This document shows positions 55,274-64,000 of a DNA stretch of 64,000 bases, piece after piece. This stretch comes from Octopus vulgaris (Eukaryota). Below the pieces are notes generated by a model. The model did not search any database. It was given only the letters and a program-made list of their open reading frames with translations, and had not been told where the DNA came from. How positions within the stretch are numbered: the stretch's first letter is position 1; each line of letters begins with the position of its first letter. Location: positions 57,350,001 through 57,414,000 of the forward strand of contig OX597819.1 in assembly GCA_951406725.2 (NCBI GenBank), given 5' to 3'. A program made the translations under genes and the position numbers.

Positions 55274-56559
55274 GCTTAATCATATAGCTACATAAAATCC
55301 AAAACGAAACCGCAAATCAGATGCAATTTAAGTTCAATACCTAAATTCAATTGAGAATAAATGAATAACTATATCTTGTATTCAGTGAGTATTTTCTACT
55401 CCTCTTCTGGTTGCAATTGCAAAAATAGAAACAAGACAACACCACACCATACCATTGCATTCACGGTCTTGTTCAATAGGGGTGGATTATATGATCCATA
55501 TTTTCTCTTCTCGACAACACCAATATTTAATCCACCATTGTATGCCCTCTCTGCTCATGAACAACGCACAGCAAAATACCTCGGAGTTACTGTAATTGTT
55601 GCATCTCAAAACGAAGTCTGTCTTCAGAGAATGGAGCTTATGTAATTCGATATGACTTCTCCTTCACCCAACAGTATTGATTTCCTGATATGAGATTTGG
55701 AAAATATAACACATATAATATCATAACATCTTCGGGGGAGAGACCACCAAACTGTTTGATTAGCGCTTCAGTAGTGTGCTGTATCTCTTCTACCAAGGTT
55801 ATTTTCATACTGAACTAGCGTATTACTCCAAACTATGTTACATAATGTACGCCTTCATTATACTATCCATTAGTCGACATACAATCTCTTCTTTCATTAC
55901 TGAATAAATAATAAATTTTCATTTTCGAATTTTGCACATTTGAGGGAATCTTTACGCGCAGGTATTAACATGTATAAATTTAAGGTAGCTATTTTGGTGC
56001 AGCATTTGATTTGTGATACAAAATATGCAAATTCAATTTACACTAATATAATTAGGAGATAGTAAACTTCAAATATATTAAACCTTTCTCAGTTGCAATT
56101 ATTCAATAGTAATATGAGTTTTCAATATTTGGGTAAATAACAATTTGAGTATATTTCGTTTACAGCTAAACGATTCGTTGAAAAGGAACATTAATCTACA
56201 CAAATTATACTGCGATTGTTGTTATTTTACTATGTTTATTTACATGTGAAATAACATTCAAACATTTCTTAGATTGGCTGATGGCCAGCTGTTAGGATTA
56301 GAGGTGGTTCAATAAAATCTGATAGATGACTGATGCATATTTAATCTTTCCTGGAACGCTAACATACAGAGTTTGACCACAGTATGATTTTAAATCAACA
56401 CATACGTGCATTGTATTAAAATATGCCTTGCCATGTTGTTCTGCTCCCTACCGATTTTTTAAACTTGCAAAATCATTCTCTGACCAACAGATTTAAGAGA
56501 AAAACATTATATTGTTGTTCCATCTGAGAAACGAAATATCAGAGGACATCCAAGAACCT

Positions 56560-57698
56560 GTAAGTACGCCAATATACTTAAAACTTTAATGTTTTTCGCC
56601 ATTTTATATTTCTATAAATTTGGCGCATGCGCTTTGTCTGTTTTCGATTTTGTCAACTACACTGTACGGTAGAGTCAGCTGTACACTATTTAATAAAAAC
56701 AGCCACATGATGCAATTCACACTGCCAAAAATTTGGAAAGGACATAAATTGCTAGGTATTCGCGCGAGAAGGTCCATCACGAACATTTGAGTGTTTGGGT
56801 GTCAATCTGAGGACAGTGCAATCTCAGGACATGTACCGATTTGTGATAAAAATTAAACATCCAGTCAACATCGTGGCCTTTGGATTGATCACAAATGATG
56901 GCAAAGTTATGCCTCCATTTATCTTCTCACACGGCCTCGGACACAACACGGAGGTCTACATCAAGTGCCTGCAGGAAGTAGTGCTGCCATGGGTCAAGAG
57001 GGCAACTGCTGGAACACTTTATGTCTGGGAACGAGACTCTGCACCATTCCTCACAAACACGAGAACCCAGTCATGGCTATCAGACAATTTCTACGCCGAA
57101 ATCACCCCTAACATCTGGCCTAACACCCCAGACTCCAATCACTTTGATTATTACATATGGGGTGCAGTTGAGCGAGAGACCAACAGCATTCATTGTAACA
57201 ACAAAGAAGAACTGAAGGCAAGAATTATCGCAGCATTCACCAACATAATCAAGGAGAAACAATCCAGAAGAGTTGCAGGAGATTCCGAAGTCACCTGGAA
57301 TCCGTGGTTGAAGGCAATGACGATTTTATTGAGTAAATTTAGTCCTTAGTATTTCTAGATAATTTTATGTAATTTTGGTAAACTTCAGTCAGAAATAACC
57401 AGGCGTTGCAATGGGCGTAATAATTGATGAATACATCGAGTGTTACTCTGGAGATGCAAAAGATATAATGGAGATGAGAATGATAATGTGAAGTTGGTTG
57501 GAGCTACTTTTAAGTGACGAAACAGAATAGTGAAGTCTGTAAACGATTCAAGATATTTGGCCTCTACACGTTCCGTATCGATATGGATGATGAGTGGATA
57601 GCCATGGGCATAAAAAATAAGTTGCCAAATAAGTTGTCAGTGTTATTTTCTTTTTTGTGTGTGTAATTTAAACGACAGTTCATTCATCTCACTCTGTG
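56560..57698 (+). mobile_element. Internally deleted DD37D (maT)-like Tc1/mariner transposon
   Basis: ORF 56795-57349 KHPVNIVAFG...MPPFIF...WERDSAP...WPNTPDSNHFDYYIWG. The D-to-D spacing is 36, consistent with DD37D lacking one P of WPPN. The 3' end is interrupted by a 232-bp insert. Confidence 0.8.
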
Positions 57699-57756
57699 TA
57701 TGTTTGTGTGAGTATGCGTGTGTGTATATATATATATATGTATATATATATGTAAA

Positions 57757-57813
<57 letters not shown>

Positions 57814-58034
57814 TCAATATAGGGTGGCAAAAAAAATTTTGTAGAATTTTTTTGCCACCAGCGGCCTAGTGGGAAAAAATTAAATAGTCATAGACCATTT
57901 ATAAGTTCAACATCACAATCAAGGAACGGCCATAATAGGCCATTCACCCACTAGAAATAACAGCCAAAGCTTTAACCGCAAAATAACATTAATTCCGTAA
58001 ACAAGGAGAAAATTAAAAAAACATTTACCCTGTA

Positions 58035-58141
58035 ATTTCTTATACGATGCACCGTTTCATCTACTATTTAATGGTAAACTAACCTGATTAAATTAAATCA
58101 AGCCAATCTTCCATAGACCCTTAGATTCCTCAGTAAGAAAT
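58035..58141 (-). ncRNA. Type I hammerhead ribozyme
   Basis: Reverse complement of 58656-58762 with two substitutions inside stem II. Confidence 0.87.
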
Positions 58142-58655
58142 AGCCAGAACGGAACGGATATTTTCACGAGGCATTTCCGTCCCTGCCTCGGCAATATCTG
58201 ACCTAAAATTTTCAAATCATCGCACTCGCGCCAAATTTATCGGCAGCAAATAAATATAAGCCGCCGATTCCATTACGGAATCAACCAGAAAATTCATAAT
58301 TAATCAATATAGGGTGGCAATGTTATTTTGCGGTTAAAGCTTTGGCTGTTATTTCTAGTGGGTGAATGGCCTATTATGGCCGTTCCTTGATTGTGATGTT
58401 GAACTTATAAATGGTCTATGACTATTTAATTTTTCCCACTAGGCCGCTGGCGGCAAAAAATTCTACAAAATTTTTTTTGCCACCCTATATTGATTAATTA
58501 TGAATTTTCTGGTTGATTCCGTAATGGAATCGGCGGCTTATATTTATTTGCTGCCGATAAATTTGGCGCGAGTGCGATGATTTGAAAATTTTAGGTCAGA
58601 TATTGCCGAGGCAGGGACGGAAATGCCTCGTGAAAATATCTGTTCCGTTCTGGCT

Positions 58656-58762
58656 ATTTCTTACTGAGGAATCTAAGGGCCTATGGAAGATTGGCTTGAT
58701 TTAATTTAATCAGGTTAGTTTACCATTAAACAGTAGATGAAACGGTGCATCGTATAAGAAAT
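58656..58762 (+). ncRNA. Type I hammerhead ribozyme with long stem II
   Basis: Stem I ATTTCTTA/TAAGAAAT (8 bp), CTGAGGA 58664-58670, stem II ATCTA/TAGAT, GAAA 58739-58742, stem III ACGGTGCATCGT, GTA site (cleavage after 58754). Confidence 0.9.
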
Positions 58763-59142
58763 TACAGGGTAAATGTTTTTTTAATTTTCTCCTGGTTTAC
58801 GGAATTAATGTTATTTTGCGGTTAAAGCTTTGGCTGTTATTTCTAGTGGGTGAATGGCCTATTATGGCCGTTCCTTGATTGTGATGTTGAACTTATAAAT
58901 GGTCTATGACTATTTAATTTTTTCCCACTAGGCCGCTGGTGGCAAAAAAATTCTACAAAATTTTTGCCACCCTATATTGATTAATTATGAATTTTCTGGT
59001 TGATTCCGTAATGGAATCGGCGGCTTATATTTATTTGCTGCCGATAAATTTGGCGCGAGTGCGATGATTTGAAAATTTTAGGTCAGATATTGCCGAGGCA
59101 GGGACGGAAATGCCTCGTGAAAATATCTGTTCCGTTCTGTCT

Positions 59143-59249
59143 ATTTCTTACTGAGGAATCTAAGGGCCTATGGAAGATTGGCTTGATTTAATTTAATCAG
59201 GTTAGTTTACCATTAAACAGTAGATGAAACGGTGCATCGTATAAGAAAT
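59143..59249 (+). ncRNA. Type I hammerhead ribozyme (second tandem copy)
   Basis: Same as 58656-58762. Cleavage after 59241, 487 nt downstream of the first site. Confidence 0.9.
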
Positions 59250-59367
59250 TACAGGGTAAATGTTTTTTTAATTTTCTCCTGGTTTACGGAATTAATGTTA
59301 TTTTGCGGTTAAAGCTTTGGCTGTTATTTCTAGTGGGTGAATGGCCTATTATGGCCGTTCCTTGATT

Positions 59368-59418
<51 letters not shown>

Positions 59419-59422
<4 letters not shown>

Positions 59423-60017
59423 CTAATGTAGGATAACATTTCTTTTTCGGGAAAAAATTTTTTATCAATGGCCAGCATATTAAAAAATACCTTTAAAGTT
59501 TTAATTTATAAATAATTTACAAAATAAGTGCAAAAGAAAAATTCCAATGCCAAATATACCGAAAAAAAGACAAAAATTGTCAATAACCATTATAATTTAT
59601 GCGTCTCGAAACAAACCGATAGAAATTTCTAAAAAAATCATTTATTACCGTATTGGTCCCAATTTCGGGGTTAATTCATAAGAATTTTCCCCTCTTCAGC
59701 GATAAAAACGTGAGATATAAGTGAAATACTTACTCATACCCATGGAAAAAGCAAGTACTAAGTCACGAGCAGACCTAAGTACCCCAAATATATCCAAAAT
59801 AGAAAATCTTCGACACATCTCGAGACACGTGTGATTCGAACTAGAAACTTTCACACAGTGAGAGAATCCGGAAGTGAACACTATTAAGTTTATAACTAAT
59901 GTATGATCAAAAATTTTTTCGGGAAAAATTTTTTATCAATGGCCAGCATATCAAAAAATACCTTTAAAGGTTAAATTTATAAATAATTTACAAAATAAGG
60001 GCAAGAGAAAAATTCCA
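59419..60017 (-). mobile_element. Retrozyme/pLTR-like element: about 1.27 units, period 473 bp, (TA)n on both flanks
   Basis: 59419-59546 is repeated at 59892-60017, with an HHR in between. Confidence 0.85.
59645..59705 (-). ncRNA. Type I hammerhead ribozyme
   Basis: Minus TTATCG-CTGAAGA-GGGG aa AATTC ttat GAATT aa CCCC-GAAA-TTGGGACCAA-TA-CGGTAA, running into AATAAA. Confidence 0.88.
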
Positions 60018-60077
60018 TATATATACATATACATATACATACATACATATATATATACCTTCATCTTCGTGGAGATT

Positions 60078-60093
60078 AGATAGATAGAGATAG

Positions 60094-60184
<91 letters not shown>

Positions 60185-60271
60185 GGGATGGATGAATGGA
60201 TAGGTAGGTATGTAGTTAGATCGATAGTTACATAGGTGGATAGTAAGATAGCTAGATAGGTAGATAGATAA

Positions 60272-60339
<68 letters not shown>

Positions 60340-60354
60340 GTAGATATAAAGATC

Positions 60355-60388
<34 letters not shown>

Positions 60389-60521
60389 AAGATAGATCGA
60401 TAGCTAGGTATGTAGGTAGGTATGTAGGTAGGTAGGTAGGTAGGTAGGTAGGTAGGTAGGTAGGTAGAAAAATAGCTAGATAAATAGGAAGATAGATAGA
60501 TAAATAGATAGATAGGTAGAG

Positions 60522-60562
<41 letters not shown>

Positions 60563-60563
60563 T

Positions 60564-60596
<33 letters not shown>

Positions 60597-60610
60597 CAGA
60601 TAGTTAGATA
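60078..60610. repeat. (GATA)n/(GGTA)n microsatellite
   Basis: Seen directly. Confidence 0.95.
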
Positions 60611-61674
60611 TGCCCTACCATATGTAGGGGACGCAAGTATGTTTATGGCGCGTCAAAAGCTCTTCAAAATCATTTTCTGAAATTCAGCGTTAATTTGCTG
60701 ATATTCGACAAAGTAGTAAGCTTAACGTAGCGAGAGCTTCAATGGCTATTGATTGTTGTTCGCTGAGAGAATGATTTGACTTCAGTCAGAAATAACCAGG
60801 CGTTGCAATGGGCGTAATAATTGATGAATACATCGAGTGTTACTCTGGAGATGCAAAAGATATAATGGAGATGAGAATGATAATGTGGAGTTGGTTGAAG
60901 CTACTTTTAAGTGACGAAACAGAATAGTGAAGTCTGTAAACGATTCAAGATATTTGGCCTCTACACGTTCCGTATCGATATGGATGATGAGTGGATAGCC
61001 ATGGGCATAAGAAAAAACACTAGAAAGATTAACATAAAAGAAGGTGTGAATAAAATCGGTTTCCTCTAAATATATTATTCGATAAACTGCTGGAGGTTTG
61101 AGGTAGCAGTAAAGATAGTAAGCGTATCTTGTGATGGTAAAGCCTTGAGCTTCTTTAAGGGTGTAAAGGTAATGTTTGTAAGTGTGAATGATATTGAGCG
61201 TGTGTGAGATGAGTGAGAGATATATAGAGAGGGATAATTATTAGGGGTAAGGAGTTCTACATAAGTGCTGGCATGTTTGAGAAAAAAATCGTTGTAAAAT
61301 TATTCAGTGTAGATTTGGAATGGATAGACAGAGGATTCATAGATGGAGATAGAAAATAGGTATAACAATTCTTTGCTAAAATACTTACTAGAATTTTAAG
61401 TATCTCTTCCCCAAAATAAAAACTAGATTTATAACAAAAAAATTGTGATTAACATAAGAAATATATATTGTTGTGATAAATAATTGTTTCTAATTTAGAC
61501 ATTAAACCTGATAATTAGGACAAAGTTTTAATTAAAGAAATTAGTATTTGACCACTAGGAGGAGTAAAATCCCTCGGTTGGATTTCAGCTTGAGTTCGTA
61601 CAGAGTCCGAACGAACACAGTCATTTTGATCGACTGAGTTCAGTTAATTCACTACCATAATTCTTTCGTTCTAT

Positions 61675-61880
61675 CTACCATAGGCACAAGGCCTAAAATT
61701 ATAGGTGAGGGTAGTCTAGTCGATTACATTGAACCCAGCATTTAACTCGTACTTATTTTATCAAACCTGAATCGATTAAAAGCAAAGCTGACTCCAGCGG
61801 AATTTTGAACTCAGTGTGTAAAGCCGAAAGAAATGCCGTTAAGAAGTTTGTCCAGCGTGCTAATGATTCTGCTAAGTCGC
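61675..61880 (-). mobile_element. Degenerate SINE (12123 family)
   Basis: TAGGCACAAGGCC..GTCGATTACAT..GAATTTTGAACTCAG..GTGCTAATGATTCTGC. Confidence 0.7.
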
Positions 61881-64000
61881 TGATTTTCCATATGAGAAAT
61901 AGTAAAATCAAAAACAGAAAAAGTAATATGACATAAACATACAAACGCCCAGTAGAAACGAAAGCAATCTAACTTAAAGTGAAATCCATACATTTCGGTG
62001 AGAGAACAGATAAGCATGTTAGTCAGAAACTTAATTCAGAAACAAACGCTGTATAGTCACACCCAGAGATAAAATAGAATTAATACAAAATATGAACATA
62101 ATAAAAAATACACTCTTCATCAACAAACTTGTAAAGAAACAACATATTACCATTATAATTTAATAATTTCTTTGCAAATATGAAGCTTTGTTATAATTTG
62201 TATTAATTCTGTTAGATTAGTCTTACAACTGGAATGCTTTCCGACCATTCCGTCAAGCATTTCGAAGAAGATAGTACTGTACATTGTATAACACAATAGA
62301 AATCTAAACTTGATTGTAAAAGAAAAGAAAGAAAAAATTAGAAGATTTTGGAAATTAGAAAAATTAGATTTTAGAATACTTAAAAACAGTTGATTAATCA
62401 TTAACATATGAATAGCAAAATACTCCACAAAATTTGACAGAAAATAGCGCATATTTTGTGGGTTCTTTTAGAAAAAATCTCAAGTTAAAGATAAACAATC
62501 ACCAAATTCTTGTACTAAATCATCATTAACGCAACAATATTCCAATAGTTTCTGTATTTGGTGATGTATAGTATCATATACACAAAAATTCGAATTGAAT
62601 AGAAATTTACCCTATAGTTGAAGATGGAAAATAAAAACTTAGCATCAAATTTTTAGTACCTCTTACAGAAAAGGGACATAAATTAAGTTCTGGAGACACT
62701 TCTGTTTTATTACTTTAATTTTTTTTTTGTCAGAGTGGTAACATCTACAAATAGGTTTCTATCGTAGGAAAAATCATCAAAATCATGGTTAACTCGGACA
62801 TTTCAGTCTAATTGATATATTTAGTTAGCATCGGCATTGTTACAAACAATTTTGGCAGTAACAATTGGTACTACTGACTGGAATACACGAACATGAAAAA
62901 TAAATGACGTGGATTTAGTTAGTTACTATCATCCTGTTTTTATTTACAAATCGCGCAGACAAATGTCTATAGAAGGTAAATGATGACACAGATAGCAATT
63001 TATGTAGAATCTCACACTCAAACAGCTCCAACTGACTAAGATTGCGGCATACTTTCGCACAAGAGTAGCATAAATTTGAGACAAACAATGCATATGTGTG
63101 TGTAAGAATGGGCGTGCGTGTATAGGTGCAAAAATGCAAAGATGAGGTTCAATATAAATCAAATTGCACCTCACCACTATGCTAATTGAATGAAAATACA
63201 AAACGCATTAGAGTGAAAAGAAAGCTTTTTGATCAATGGCTCCATTATATATGGGAACAAATGCGATGGATTCTTGCATATGCAATATATAGAGTTAAAA
63301 CACTTTAAATAACTGGCATTAATCTCAATTAGCAGAAAAATTCTCTCTCAGTATGCTTAAAATCTGAAAGCAATGAGGAAGAGAGCTTGCCAAATAAAAT
63401 ACATTCATGAGCAGTTTTGGAAAATATAACTAAAGATGTGATGGAAGTAATCTGTGCTGGCTAAAGCAATTCAAGGTTTATTGTTGGATTATGGAAAGAC
63501 CAGCGAAGGTTCCACGCTAATGTGCCTGGTTACAATCAATCGCAGTCTAAAAGCATTTAAAATATTAGTATTTGGTTCACGATTCATAGAAAATTATTGG
63601 AACGTCAATGTACTTGGTATGTTCGATTGGATCTTAAGAAGTGCCTTTTGCAGTAATAGTTTGAACTCAAGAACAAATTTAATTGTATTCCAGATAAGTA
63701 TTTGTCTTGTAGACATAGGCGTTCTCGATTTTCGAATTGGTTTGTAAAAAAATTCCTATATCAAAATATTTTTATAATATACTCCAAGAATTACTTTAAC
63801 AAAAACAGAATTACATAAAAGAACAAATGGAAGAGTGAACTGTCTTGTATAAGGTGTTGCTTACAAATTCAAAGTTGAATATAAAGAAACACGACGTTTC
63901 GATATTCCCACCAGCAACGAATTAGCGGACTCTGTCGCTTTAAGTATCATTCGCATGCCACAAAAAAGACCTAGACATATGCATTTCCCAAATGTCATAT

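Larger units (their letters stand above)
57807..59372. mobile_element. Retrozyme-like array: about 1.05 inverted unit (57807-58320) joined to about 2.16 direct units (starts 58321, 58809, 59296), (TA)n on both flanks
   Basis: Near-identical 487/488-bp monomers, one HHR per complete monomer. Confidence 0.92.
57382..61010 (+). repeat. 232-bp direct repeat (57382-57613 and 60779-61010)
   Basis: ACTTCAGTCAGAAATAACC...GCCATGGGCATAA occurs twice. Two mismatches were seen by eye. Confidence 0.92.

Noticed and set aside
57807-59372. CRISPR array or plain satellite interpretation
   Set aside because: No unique spacers and a eukaryotic context. The ribozyme per unit and the inversion fit a retro-derived element better.
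60620-61300. Possible decayed LINE endonuclease on the minus strand (NYYAHCNAWL resembling DFNAH..W)
   Set aside because: A single weak motif, not enough to call.
62153-63747. ORFs 62153-62452, 62915-63201 and 63454-63747 as genes
   Set aside because: No recognisable domains, AT-biased composition and no coherent exon chain.

Overview
AT-rich, microsatellite-dense eukaryotic non-genic (intronic or intergenic) DNA. The SINE families and the (TA)n/(TAA)n/(TAGA)n density suggest an octopus or other cephalopod genome (inference from recalled repeat sequences, not a search). No intact host gene is supported, and almost all listed ORFs are microsatellite artefacts. Recognisable fossils are mariner, DD37D-like, Chapaev3-like and Tc2-like DNA transposons, two non-autonomous Helitrons, Dong/R4 LINE pieces in (TAA)n, RTE, CR1-like and Tx1-like LINE ends, a decayed Penelope-like GIY-YIG ORF and many tRNA-derived SINEs. 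The main unexplained signal is a set of about ten type I hammerhead ribozyme (HHR) motifs in several unrelated non-coding elements, all anchored in (TA)n. They include a 487/488-bp tandem-plus-inverted array with one HHR per monomer (57.8-59.4 kb), a diverged 432-bp-period homologue with covarying stems (45.1-45.7 kb), a 473-bp-period element (59.4-60.0 kb) and a 3-kb near-perfect palindrome capped by outward-facing HHRs (20.2-23.3 kb). Most have an unusually long stem II and a palindromic stem III. Together they look like a diverse, (TA)n-targeted retrozyme/Penelope-parasite system that could produce circular RNAs.
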